Of a stretch of 64,000 nucleotides of DNA, positions 13,700 through 27,000 are shown in pieces (the stretch's first letter is position 1; each line of letters starts with the position of its first letter). Below the pieces are notes generated by a model. That model worked only from the letters and a program-made list of their open reading frames with translations, was not told the origin of the DNA and did no database searches. The DNA is from Lama glama (lineage: Eukaryota), in the NCBI GenBank assembly GCA_028534125.1, contig CM052818.1, forward strand, positions 19,222,001-19,286,000, read 5' to 3'. The position numbers were made by a program, and so were the translations under genes.

Positions 13700-15670
13700 A
13701 TTTTAAATGTTTAAATAACAATAATAGAGAATGGAACACATGAGCAAAGAAAAGTTATTACTTAAAAAAAAAGACTAGGCAGAGTTAGGAATGAACCAAA
13801 TAACTTCTATAAATGAAAAATATAATCATTGGAGAAAAAAAAACCCAATGGATTGTTAAACATGTAAGTTACAGAATTAGACAACCTGAAGTAATCATCA
13901 CAAAGAGAGCAGCAAGATACATGGCAAAAAAAGAATGTCCAATCAGTTTTAGAAAAAGAGAATGAAGAAACACAATATTCAAAGAGATAATAATTGATTA
14001 ATTTTCTAGAACCGATAAAAGACATGAATTCTCTGATTTAGAAAACATAGCAAATCCAAATGGGAAAAATAAAAAGAAACCCACTTTTGGACCCAGAGTA
14101 GTAAAAGGAACAAACATCTGGACCAAGACTCATAAACAATAATAGTGTAAGCCAAAGGACAGTGGAATACAATCTTACAGGTACTAAGGAAAAGTAGCTG
14201 TCAATCTGGAATTGTACAACTAGATGAAATATCCTTCAAGAACAAGGCTGAAATACAGACACCTCCAATCAAACAAAACCTGACTAACAGACCTCTCAAT
14301 AAAGGAACTCCTAAAGAATATCCAGGAAGGAGAAATGAATAACAAAGAAAGTGATATGATATGGGCAAATTTAAACTAAACGCTGACTATATAGAATAGA
14401 AATCTAAGGGATAAAAAAGTAGAACTGAAAAACCAGCCAATAATGAAGAAATGTCATCTGATCTTAGGTATTGTAAGGTCCTGATATTTTGGAGGGTAAG
14501 TGAGAAGATGCTGATAGTCCTTTGACTTTGATGAGTTAAGCATACATTTTTAAAAAATTTGTGAGTAACTTCAAATCAGTGCATGTGCGATAGGATGGGG
14601 GAGAAGAATGAGAAGAGGCAAAACGAAACTTTTTACACCTGATCAATATAAAAGTAAGAGAGAACAGGTAGGAGAATCAGAAAGAAAAGAAATCACAATA
14701 TAATTTAGTAGAAAGAAATCCGAACTGCCACTTAAAAAAAAAAAGAAATTATCAAATTAAATCTAAAAATAAAATCTAGCTGTAAGTTTTATTTAAACCA
14801 TGAAGACTCTCTAAGGATAGGAAAAGATACACCAGGTAAAAAATGAAAAAGACTCTGGCATTGCTTTCTTATCAGACTCTGGCATTTCTTTCTTATTATC
14901 AGACAAAATAAATCTAAGGCAAAAGGCATTACTAATGGTAGTGTCCCTAAAGAATGAAGGAGGTTCAAGTCACCACAAAGAAATGACAACTCTGTGCCTT
15001 GAAAATGTATGAAGAAAAAATGACCTGAATCATATGAAGAAATCCACATTTTTCTCAGTAACTCAGTAGAACAAAAATTAGCAAATATCCTGACAATGTG
15101 AACNNNNNNNNNNNNNNNNNNNNNNNNNNNNNNNNNNNNNNNNNNNNNNNNNNNNNNNNNNNNNNNNNNNNNNNNNNNNNNNNNNNNNNNNNNNNNNNNN
15201 NNNACTTATTTCTAAACAAGAGACAAACCAAAGAACAAATGATAATGGGAATAAAAGACTTAAAACTGAGTAAGAAATTGTACCTCTCGAAACTCACAGG
15301 ATGCATTCAGCTAAAGCAACACACAGAAGGAAAAGAATAATCTTAAATGCTTAGTAAAAAAGAGAAGTCTGGAAAAATTGGGAACACTCAACTGAAGAGG
15401 ATGAAAAGAGACCAAAAACAGATGAAATATGTATATGTAAGAATGGAAATTAATGTGAAAATAAAGATACAAAAGAAGATTTTAAAAGTCACAAGCTGAT
15501 TCTCTAAAAAACAAACTGTGGAAAGGAGGAAATATCAAGGGAGGCACAAATAAATCGTATTTAAAATAAATAGGCAATCTATCTGTAAATACAGTGGTGC
15601 TTTTAAAAATAGTAAGCAATCACTATGAACAACTTTTGGCAATTGGAAAGCTCAGAAAGAAATACATACT
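13700..15670 (+). mobile_element. Degraded old L1 ORF1/ORF2-region fragments (spans the gap)
   Basis: A-rich plus strand with L1-like motifs (AATATCCTTCAAGAACAAGGCTGAAAT, TATCAGACAAAATAAATCTAAGGCAAAA); no intact ORF. Confidence 0.6.
15104..15203. other. Assembly gap (100 N)
   Basis: Run of exactly 100 N inside old L1 sequence. Confidence 0.99.
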
Positions 15671-15677
15671 TCCTAGA

Positions 15678-16575
15678 AAAAGGGTCTAGTATCCAGAATA
15701 TATATAGAACTCCTGCAACTCAACAACAGAAAGACAACCCAATTTAAAAACGAGAAAAGAATCTGAATGAGTATTTCTCCAAGTATATAAAATGGTCAAC
15801 AAAATATAAAAAGATGCTTATCGTTAGACAACAGGGAAATACAAATCAAAACCACAATGGAATACAACATCACAACCACTAGGATGGCTATTAAAACAAA
15901 CAACAGAATAAAACAAAGCAAAAAAAGGCAAGAAAATAACAAGTATTAGCAACAATGTGGAGAAACTGGAATCTTCATATATTGCTGGTGGGAATGTTAA
16001 ATGGTGTGACTATGGAAAACAGTTTAGTGATTCCTCAAAAAGTTAAACATAAAATTCCCATATGACCCAGCAATTTTACTCCTAGGAAGGACTAAACAAA
16101 TACTTGTACGTGACTGTTCAAAGGAGTACTATTCTTAATTGCCAAAAGGTAGAAACAATCTACATGTCCATCAACAACTGAAGAGATAAACAAAATGTAT
16201 ATCCATACAATGGAAAATTATTAAGCAGTAAAAGAGAGTGAAGCACTGATATTAAGCATCAATGTGGCTGAACCTCGAACATGTCATACTAAGTAAAAGA
16301 AGCCAGTCACAAAGGCCACACACTGTAATAACGCCATTTATAAGAAATGTCTAAAACTGGCAAGTCTGTAGAGACAAAAAGTAGATTAGTGGTTGTCAGC
16401 ATCTGGGGAAACTGTGTAGGAGAGTAACTGCTAATAGGTATAGGTTTTCTTTTGATGTAATGAAAATATTTTGAAACTAAGTGGTGGTGGCTGCACAACA
16501 TTGTGAATGTACTAAATGCCAATGAATAGTATACGCTAAAATGGTTAATTTTATGTAAATTCACTTTAAAAAATA
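15678..16575 (+). mobile_element. L1 (L1MB-like) 3' end
   Basis: GTATCCAGAATATATATAGAACTCCTGCAACTCAACAAC, AAATCAAAACCACAATG, CCATATGACCCAGCAATT, CACAACATTGTGAATGTACTAAATGCC. Confidence 0.85.
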
Positions 16576-19500
16576 TAATCACTGGAAAGGAAAAAAAAAG
16601 GAAAGATATAATGTTCATGGACAGAAAGATTCAATGCTATAATGACACTGATTCTCCCCTAAGTTAATTCTTAAATACAATTTCAACCAAAATACTGGTA
16701 AGAAAATATTATTTATAAAGTTTAGAAATAATCGATAGTACATATTAATGAAATGCATAAAAACAATAATAAAACACAAATTCCAGGATAGCAGGTACTT
16801 CTGTGGAGGGATGTGTGCAAATAGGACTTTGTAGTGAGAATATACATATTGACCATATTATGTATGACAAATATTTTACAGTCAAATTTTAAAACTTTTA
16901 AATACCTCAGAAAGTAGGAAAGAGGATGGAGAAATTAATGGGAGAAAGGATATGGATAGGAAGAAAGAAGGGAGAAGGAAAGAGGGAGGGAAGGAAAAAA
17001 AGCTAAAGGCCTAGGGCACCACAAAGAGGAAAATAGGGTAAGATAAAGGGGAAAGAGTAAAAGGAGTGAAGGCAAGAGAACAAGAAGGAAGAGTTCTTCA
17101 GGCATCCAGGCAGGAAGAGTACATCACCTGGAATGTAGGGGTGTGCAGGAGGGTGGGGAGGAGGGAGTGGTAGTAAATCAGAGTGGTAACAGGCATTTCA
17201 TCAACACTGAACATCTGTAGGTAGGGGGGCATCACCCTCAAAGTTTAGGAAAGCTGTAACTACAATCATGAAGATCTGTTTGAGAATAAAGCTAAAAGAC
17301 AGATACTTTTATCAAGCATGAAATAATTCAAGGACTATAATATCCATCAACTTTTCTTTTTAAAAAAACCAAAACACCTGAAAAACAAATCTAGCTAAAT
17401 AAAAATGGAATCAAACATTTTTAAACCCAGGAATGAAAAAGAAGCCACAATAAAAAGGACATGGTGGTCACTGAATCCAGTTACATATAAACATGAACAT
17501 TAAACAGCATGGAAACTGGAATTAAGGATACAGGCATATTGTGCATATTTTAGACCTGGCCAATGTTAAAATATAATTATTAAAAACAAGAGGTATGAGA
17601 GTTCTGTAGAAGCACATATGAGAGTGGTTAACTGTTCAACTTTCAGAGCAGGTAATTAATACTATCCAAAACTGAAACATGTCCTTCAAAGAAATCTCCA
17701 ATCTCTTCATATTTTTTCTAATTTGTTTCTTTAACCTATCTTTTAGATTATTTTCCCTCTCTTGTGGTGAAAAGTCATTTACTGGAAGTTCAACAATTCC
17801 CTCCCATAATTTTTTTTCTGTTACACTGAAAAACATTAAGTTGAAACCTTTTAAAATTAAAAGCAACATCCATAGCATGAGCCCCTTTCTCTAAGTAATC
17901 TATGCATCTGTCTGTATGTATCCATAAAAAGACTGTGAGCTGTACCATTAACTGTCTCTCAATGAGGGCACTACTAGGATTCTGAGTGGGACAATGTTGT
18001 AAGGGACTAAAACACAAAATATCAACATCTGTCCCCTAAACCTTCAATACCACCCACACTTGATAAAGACTAAATGTTAATAACGATTATTTCTGCGTGG
18101 TAGATGTGGAGGATATTTTTAACTTTCATATCTCTATCTTTCTGTACTGTTTGAATATAGGTATCAGTTTTACAAAAACAGTGTTTTGTTTTTTGAAGGA
18201 TAACTATAAGCAAAAAATGTCAATGTGTTTTGAGAGTTACTTCTAGGTGGGAGAATATGAATACTTCCCTCTTTTTGTATTTCTTTTTTGTTTCCAAGAA
18301 CAAAAATTTTAAAGCATTTATATGCAGTTATTTATATAGTTTATTTATATGTAAGTTTATAAGTTATATATATTCATATAATGATGATATAGCTGTATCA
18401 GGATTATACAATTGTGGCTTTTTAAAAAAAGACTTCAATTTTTTTGTCTTGATATTTTCAATAAAAATTTATCTAAAGTCACAACTTTTCCAATAGATGA
18501 AATATCAATTATAAGTGTATGTGAAAACTAAGATCAAAGATAAAATGGTCCAAATACATACAGAAAGGTTTAAAATTGTTAATATATCTCACTGAATCAC
18601 CCAATAAACTAATATTGTTTCTTTGTTGTCAAAAATCACTGCTTTTTTTTTAACCTTGTCTTGGGGTTGTTTTGCTCTACATTTACTTCAAAAATAGAAA
18701 ATCTTTCTATAAGATTTACAGAAAACAGCCACAAAAACACCTGAAGCATTTATATACAAAGCTAAGCCTAGGAAAAAATAAAAATTAGCTCAATCACTCC
18801 TCATATAAATAACTGCTCCCTTCATCACATGAACTCCTAAGTGTACAGCTGGAAAATATGAAATCATACCTGAAACAACTGATATTCTCCTGAGGTTTTC
18901 TCAAAGTGGTTCTGAGTCACATTAATTGAAGTGCTTAAGTTCACTACAAATATCTACAATGACAGCGAATTCACCTTATAACCTGAGATAAGTTTAAAGG
19001 TTTGTAACTGAGAATAAAGAAGATACTATACTAGCTGTATTCCAGGTTTTCAAATAGGACTCTGATTTACTTAAAAGACAGTAATCACACTGTAAAACAC
19101 GATAGCTTACAGTTACAGGACAGAATCTTAGGAGACACTGCTGGTGGTCTTACAACAGTTATTTCCTTCCCCCTTCCCAGAAATGCTCTTACTTGATCTA
19201 CCTCCAACTAGAGAACTATCTAGTTATCTCAGGCCAGTAATCACATTCTATTTCCCTGGCCACAATCACTGCTTAAATAGCCCCACCAAGGCAAACTGCA
19301 GGACTCTTTCTTGGAATGTGGAGTCAATTGCTACTGGTAGGTAGCCATCCTAGAGCCAGAAGAGGAAACAGCCTTAGGTCAAAATTAAAGTCACAAAAAA
19401 AAGAAGAGGTCAAGAAACTAGGTCCTTTGGATGGCCTCATTGAGCTGCTGGACAAAGCAACTCTAAACAAAGCCTATTCCATCTATAGATTTTAAATTTC

Positions 19501-19629
19501 ATGAGCCAACGTGTACTGAGTTTTAGGTTACCTGCAAAGTAAAGAGTCCTAATTGATACAAAGTTTATCCTCAAATAATCTACTCATGGGGAAAAAAAAA
19601 AAAAGGAAACCCTATAATTAACATCACAT

Positions 19630-20074
19630 TGAAGGGGTCCACAGCATGCAACTGTGGCATAAAAATCACATGGAGAGTAAAGCTCTTGACAGTAGACTTT
19701 ATTTCTGAACTCTCTTACCTCCCTAACAGTAAAGCCTCCTCAAAGAACTCAATTGTCATAAGCCCTCTTCCAGGGAGTTTCAAAACCAAGGAAGTCAAAC
19801 AAAACTACCATCATTTCTTCCATCTGTTCTCCAAAGGGCTTGTTTATCTTTCCTAAAAGACATCTGTTTTCTAGTAAGTGCCCTTTCTCCCTCTCTCCTT
19901 TCCCGATTAAGATCGTACATAAGTTCCAAATTCTAACAGCTTCCTTGAGTCAAATTTTTCTGTGAACTCAAAAATCTGGTCTCTTTTGCTAACCTAATCT
20001 GGTTTTGTCAATTTAATTAGCAGTCCCCTAAACAATGAACCTTAGAGTAGAAGAAAAGTTTTTCTTCCCCTACA
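19630..20074 (+). mobile_element. ERV1 solo LTR (MER34/MER39-like)
   Basis: Starts TGAAGGG and ends AAGTTTTTCTTCCCCTACA; its 3' end resembles those of the LTRs at 38042 and 63445. Confidence 0.6.
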
Positions 20075-22306
20075 AAGTTAACTACTTAATATTCTACTTT
20101 CAGATTTTAAAATTGCTAAAGTGACAGTAACGAAATTAGGACAAATGACCTCCACTTTTTCAGTCTATGTCCCCCTAATTGCACTACTTCCCTTCCCAAA
20201 ATCCACACTCTTCCCAGACATTTACAGAATCTTACAACATTCTAATCCCATAGCAGAATTCAGGAATTAACACTAACTACTATTGTATAGTCATAGCAAA
20301 TTCTAGTTTACAGGTATGTGTCAAGTATTTCAGATCAAAATAAAAATCCTTAACCCACAATAAGGATAATATAATGGAGTTGAAGAAAGCACACCAGGCT
20401 GTTAACACTGTTCATCTGAAAAGAGGGAAGGAGAAATATCTAGGATGGTCATTTCTGCCTCTGTATTTCTTTGTATCATTTTGTTTCACTTGTTCTAATA
20501 TTATGTGCTACATTTATAAGTAGAAAAGAATCAAATAAAGAAAAACACTTAAATTTATATCCTGGTATTTTACATATCTTTCTGAAAAACTACCCCCAAG
20601 CACACTAAATGAAAACTACAAAGAAGAGGTCAGTAAATCACTAACTGAACATCATTATTGGTGGGGAATGTTTTGCTTATTTGCTATCAAGCAGATATAT
20701 ATTCCAAGGGCTGAATCTATAGTCAAAATATTGTATGAAAGGAGGAACAAAGGAAGGGAGGGAGGGAGTCAAAAGGCATAATATAAAGTAAAATATCCAA
20801 GATTTTATCATCTTGCTGCCTTTTGTAATTATCATAGTAGTGACTGATATCCTGAGTCTAATGAAAAAGATAATACTGTTTATTGCAGGAAAATAGCTTT
20901 TATTGTCCAAAAATGGGGGAAGGGGAGAAGAGGGTGGTATCAAAAGGCAGGGGCACCTCTGCGTCTGTTGGGCAGGCTAGGTATGTGTGAAGATGATGGC
21001 CCAAATAAGACAGCTGTGGGGCATCTTTAATAGATGATCTGGACACTGATAGAGGGGCTCAACTATACAGACCAATTTTCTGGCCAGATAATGCCCTGTG
21101 ATGGCCCAAGAATGCAGCATTTTAAGAAGGCTATAAATTGGTGGGAAGAAATCACACAATCATTCTCATCACTCTGAGATATGAATGCACTTTTAATTTA
21201 TTAAACAAGCAGTTCTCAAAGTTCAGTTCTCAGACAACCAGCATCATTTGGACACATGTTTGAAATGAAAATATTCCCGCCCCATTCCAGACCTAAAGAA
21301 TCTGATTCTGGGGGATAGAACTCAGCAATCTGTTTTGACAAGCCCACCAAGCTTGAGACCCACAATATTAAGGCATGGAGATAGCAACTTAGAAAAATAA
21401 AGGTGGTCACAAAGGGCAAAATCAACTGCAGCATTTCATCAGAGCTTTGCCTGACCTCTGGGTTCCTTCAAGTGTCTACAGTTGTGGTAACATGGAAACG
21501 CTCAATTCTTGCTTTCCCACCTATTTTTAGTCAGAGTCTTTGTTAACCATCAAGAGCTATACCATTGCTTAAAGGAATGTTTACAAATATCCAACTCTGC
21601 CCTATCATAGGTAAGGCCACATCCTCAGCTGCAGGGAGTGGGGGAATAGTGTTCAGTATCCAGATGTCTCTGAATGGTATTTCTGCCTCGCAATGATCTA
21701 AAAGTTGTGCACCTAAAATCATTTCACTAATAGCAACATTACAGAGTAAACAATAGCTAAAACACAAGTTTTCTGGTTGCTTAACCTACAAGTAAATGGA
21801 AAAGATTGCCCTGTCACTGACAAAATATTACCAGAAAAGTGAAGCATTTATTTATACCTATATACACACACTCACGTGCTTCTAAAAACCAAAGAACTCT
21901 AAGTAAATGGGGTTTAATTTTCTTTAAATCTCAGTTAATGATCCAGTAAAAACAAAATAAGTCAACATTACATATGGCAAATGTTAATTCTAATAAATTC
22001 AGTTATTAAGAAGAATGCAAAAAAAAAGAATGCAAAAAACTATTCTTTAATAAGAATGATGTAAGCACATATTCTCTGCATGATCATTTTTCACAGGTAA
22101 TTTAGTGTAGAAAAATTCCCAAGTATTAGTATTTAGAGTCATGGATAACATTTAGTATATCAACAAATATTTCAGGAGATATGCACATCCACTAACCTCC
22201 TGCCCCAAAGACCTTCCCCTACGTGGAAAACAAACAAGAGAAGCTGTCTTTTCTTATGTTTCATATTTACCTCTGTCCTCTTTCCTGTTTCCATGGCTAT
22301 AATTTT

Positions 22307-22855
22307 TTTAACATTTTTTATTGATTTATAATCATTTTACAATGTTGTGTCAAATTCCAGTGTTCAGCACAATTTTTCAGTCATTCATGGACATATACAC
22401 ACTCATTGTCACATTTTTTTCTCTGTGAGTTATCATAACATTTTGTGTATATTTCCCTGTGTTATACAGTGTAATCTTGTTTATCTATTCTAAAATTTTG
22501 AAATCCCAGTCTATCCCTTCCCACCGTCCACCCCCCTGGTAACCACAAGTCTGTATTCTCTGTCTGTGAGTCTATTTCTGTCCTGTATTTATGCTTTGTT
22601 TTTGTTTGTTTGTTTGTTTTTGTTTTTGTTTTTTAGATTCCACATATGAGCGATCTCATATGGTATTTTTCTTTCTCTTTCTGGCTTACTTCACTTAGAA
22701 TGACATTCTCCAGGAGCATCCATATTGCTGCAAATGGCATTATGTTGTTGGTTTTTATAGCTGAGTAGTATTCCATTGTATAAATATACCACATCTTCTT
22801 TATCCAGTCACCTGTTGATGGACATTTAGGCTGTTTCCATGGTTTGGCTATTGTA
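22307..22855 (-). mobile_element. Young 5'-truncated L1, sense to MSH2
   Basis: Uninterrupted ORF2 C-terminus AKPWKQPKCPSTGDWIKKMWYIYTMEYYSAIK...; 17-bp TSD TCCATRGCTATAATTTT at 22290-22306 and 22856-22872. Confidence 0.92.
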
Positions 22856-23186
22856 TCCATAGCTATAATTTTCCTTCTTTCTTGAAATTAAAACTCAGCT
22901 TGCATATGTGAAATTTTTTATTTATGAGATTTCCTTTAACCAGGCCACTTATGCCCAATATTCACTTCCTCTGTTAATCTTTCTTAATTTTCACCCACTG
23001 AAATGATTGTTATTTTTAAAAAAAATTTTAGCCCTTTCCCCATAACTTAATCTTACATCCACTGTATCAAAGGCACCTTACAAAAGTGCCAAAATTAAAC
23101 ACTAAAAAGAGAAATCTGAAAAGTTTTCTGATTTGCTTTTGCTTTTCAAAACTTTTCTGCTACATGAATTAGAGTATATTGCATAC

Positions 23187-23296
23187 CTGATCCATATCTA
23201 AAGTTGTTTCTATCATTTCCTGAAACTTGGAGAAATCAGAACGAAGATCAATAAAAGGAGTCACAAAAATTGCCAACAGCAAGGCTTGATGTTTTC
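23187..23296 (-). CDS. MSH2: MSH2 exon 8 (110 nt)
   Basis: ttag|GAAAAC...GATCAG|gtatgc; [37 protein letters not shown]. Confidence 0.97.
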
Positions 23297-25174
23297 CTAA
23301 AAAAAAAAGCAAAAATAAAAATAAATAACTATAAACCATGAAAATTCAACTGAGATAATAATGGGCATCATTTAATCCAAAAAGCACAAATATTGCAACA
23401 GATCTCCAAAGTTACAACTTCTCTTAATTCAAATATGTTTAGTATCTATATAGAAAGGGAGATAATTTGGCACTCAAAGCTTCCCACTATTAAAACATCA
23501 CCTCCCCTGCTGTCTGTAATCTCCTTCATAAGAGGTACTACAGATGCAGAAATCTGACATTAATTACAACCAAATGAACTGCATTTTTTTGTAGATTTAA
23601 TAACAAAAAGTCATAGTCTTTAAAATAAAATACCTCTAACTTACCTTATAAATCCCTAATTTCCATTAATAATACAGTGTTTAACAGAGGTTAAATCAAG
23701 CCAAGTATTTACACTGAAACTTGGCTTGATGCTACTTAAGGGTTCATGCTGGGGAATTTTGTGACAAGGGGTAAGTGAAGCAAGAGTCTACAGTGTGAAA
23801 GGCATGAGTACAGACCTGGGTGCCAATCCTTGCTCTTCCACCTACCAGCTGTGTGACCTAGAGCGTGCTACTCTAGCTGTATTTCCCTGTCCATTACAAT
23901 GGGAGTGATCATAACAGCTATCAAGATGCAACACTTAGTGTAGTACTTGACGCTTAACAGAAGCTCAGCAACAGTTACCATGTATTATTATTGGTTATAA
24001 CACAAGGATTTTTTTTCTTATCTTCAATAAATTCCCTTAGAAGAACTCTGCAAGTGATCTCCATCATATTGCACTTCACTCTGAAGCAACAGTTTTCAAC
24101 CTTTTCCAGAAGTATCAGTAGCTCTTGATTGAGAGAAGAATGAAAAAGCTATGGTGGTAGTCAGCAAAACTGTTACAGTAACTCAAGATTTATTATTAAT
24201 CAGAACAATATCTAGACATATTTAGAAAATAGTACATATGTGTGAAACATTATTTAGACAGTCTATGAACAACACTTTGCCCACATAATGTCTGTTGTGC
24301 TACAATGCCTAGTTCTTTATTCTGAATTAGCTCACATGCTACTAAAGAGAGGAATGGTGGCAACAAAACATGATGGTGGCATTGCTGCACGAATGATTTT
24401 TTCCCCCCAGGCCATTAATGTTTTGAAGCGTTCAGAGGCAAGCTTTCACACAATTAAAGAGTAAGCATAGCAATATAGAAGACCTCAGAGTGGCTGGCTT
24501 AATGGCCACTATACTTTGTACTAAGTTAAGATAATGTGGAAAGGCTGAGTATAGATGAAGGATACAGAAAGATTTGCCAATGTTTAAAAAAAAATTTATT
24601 TACTGAATTCTATATACCCTGGTTCAGATTTTTAACTTTGTTGAAACTGATCTTTATTAGAAGCAAATGCCAGCGAAGGACATTTCAAATGAGGAAACAA
24701 GAGCCCCAGACTTTAAGGCTGCAAAGAGACACCTGATACTGGTGTGGGTACAAACGCGATGAAGATTTATGTAGGCTGCTGTTTTTATTAAAGTTAGTTA
24801 ATGCTTTTGTTAGTAACTATTTAAAATTTTTCATGTATTTTGAGGTCTCTCTTAACTCTGTTTTTTCTGCAAGTTCTGTTTTCTACCACATGACTTTGGA
24901 GAAGGTAAAGTTTTCTGAGAAAACACAAGCAGTATTATGACAGAAAGACCTGTATAAACTTCAGAACCTATCATCCTCAACATAAGCTCCAGCCCCTCAG
25001 GCACACAGGCCCACCTTGCTACAGCTCTTCTCAAAGTTAAGGTCCCTTCTGTGCTCACCTGCTCCCGATCTTGCAAGCTAGCATCTCGAATTCCTTCCCC
25101 TGCCTGTAATTTGCACTGAGCCCTTGTTGCAAATTTTCAACTGTTTTTTTTTAATTGGTTATGGTTTTAGTTAA

Positions 25175-25610
25175 AAATAACAGCTCTGAGATATAATTCA
25201 TATACCAAACGTTTAATTCTCCATTTTAAAGTGTACAATTCAATGGTTTTTAGTATATTCACAGATTTGTGCAACTATCACCACATTCAATTTTTATACT
25301 CTGCCACAGCCCCCAAAAGAAACAAGGAACCCTGTATCCATTAGCAGTAATTTACCACTTCCCTCCAACCTCGCCACACCTCCAACTCTAGGTAACTACT
25401 AATGCACTTTCTTTATCTATAGATTTGCCTACTCTGGACATTTCATATAAATGGATCATATTATATTGTGACTGCCTTTTTTCACTTAGCATAATGTTTT
25501 CAAGGTTCACCCATATTGTACCATGCATCAGTAGTTCATTACTTTTGACTGACAAATAATATCCCACTGTATGGATATGTCACATTTTATTTATTCATTT
25601 ATCAACTGAG
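25175..25610 (-). mobile_element. L1 (L1MB-like) 3' UTR fragment
   Basis: GAGATATAATTCATATACCA...AAGTGTACAATTCAATGGTTTTTAGTATATTCACAGA; TCACTTAGCATAATGTTTTCAAGGTTCA. Confidence 0.8.
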
Positions 25611-26139
25611 GGCATCACTGGGTTTGGATAAACTCCATTTTCCACTAGTTACCACAACCTAGAAAGCCCTACATGATCTATCCTGGTCAAATGAAGGTCC
25701 ACAGATCTTGAATATAAGGTAGTACATTAACACAGAAGTAAAACCCAGCTTTATTTGTTCTAACGTTTAACTGGAATCTAGCATTTCTTCCATTATTAAT
25801 GTAGGCAATAAACCACAGTAGTATTACCAGTACTTCTGTCTTTGTCATCAATTAAAATTCCAGATATATTTTCATATCATATTACAGTTTTTGGAAATAA
25901 CTTTATCATCTAAACTCATTAGTTCAAAACTAAAGAAGTAAGACTTCACTCGGATCATGTTATTTAATGCATTAATAAAAAGGACATTTCTCAAGAATTT
26001 GTTTTATATTTTGATAAAAGAGTATTTCAATATAATTTGTTGCCTTTTTAACTCTACGTGTTTTATTTATTGGATTCAAAAAGACTGTTCTGAGAAAAGG
26101 TTCATAGACTTTATTAGAAGCCAGAAGGGTCCACAGCAC

Positions 26140-26593
26140 AAAAGAACCTCAGATCAGCTTCACTTCTCTGGTCTTACTTCCTAACACCTCCTTATTTTCT
26201 ATCTCTATGTTTAACGACCCTAGCTTCCCTTCACCCCTTCAACAAGCCACGCTGTGAGCATTCACAGGACATGCATGGCCCCACTAGCCTCCCCTATATC
26301 TTAACAGCTGGCTCCTTATCATTCAAGATTCCCCTGAGACAGCAATTCCATAGAGGCCATCCTCGACCATTGTACTTAGTGTCTTCCTGGCCCCAGCCAA
26401 GTCACCGTGTCACATCAAAATATTATGTTTTCTTTATTGTACTTATTACTATTTGAAATTCTTGCTCATTTATTTGTTGTCTGTCTCCATCTACCCTTAA
26501 GAACAGGGACCTTATCTGTCATATCTACCACTGTACCTCCCAGAACAATGCCTGGCACAAAGTAGGCAACTGGGAACTGTATGTTGAATGAAA
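26140..26593 (+). mobile_element. L2 3' fragment
   Basis: CAGGGACCTTATCTGTC...AGAACAATGCCTGGCACAAAGTAGGC...TGTTGAATGAA. Confidence 0.65.
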
Positions 26594-26730
26594 GACTTTA
26601 TTATGGGAGTAAGGGACCAATGAAGCAATCAATCATTGGTCATTAGTTTTGATACACACAACACTCATCTAGCAAGGATACCAAAGATTGAACAGGGAAA
26701 TAATTATTAGCTTCTTAAATGCATCAAAAG

Positions 26731-26867
26731 GGGGAGTATACTCAGCTCAGTGGTAGAGTGTGTGCTTGGCATGAACGAGGTCCTGGGTTCAATCCCCAGA
26801 ACCTCCATTAAAAACAAACACATAAATAAATAAATCTAATCACCTCCCTTCCCCCCCAAAATAAATT
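26731..26867 (+). mobile_element. tRNA-Ala-derived SINE (Vic-1-like)
   Basis: A/B-box body; 13-bp TSD AATGCATCAAAAG at 26718-26730 and 26868-26880. Confidence 0.9.
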
Positions 26868-27000
26868 AATGCATCAAAAGCTGAAGTGTCCAAGTAATCA
26901 AATCATTAAAATAATTTCTCTAAGAACTCCAAATTCATTGTCAGTCCCTAAAGATTCATTCATAACTCCTTGAAGATTTCATTTTCAAGAATGCTGCTGT

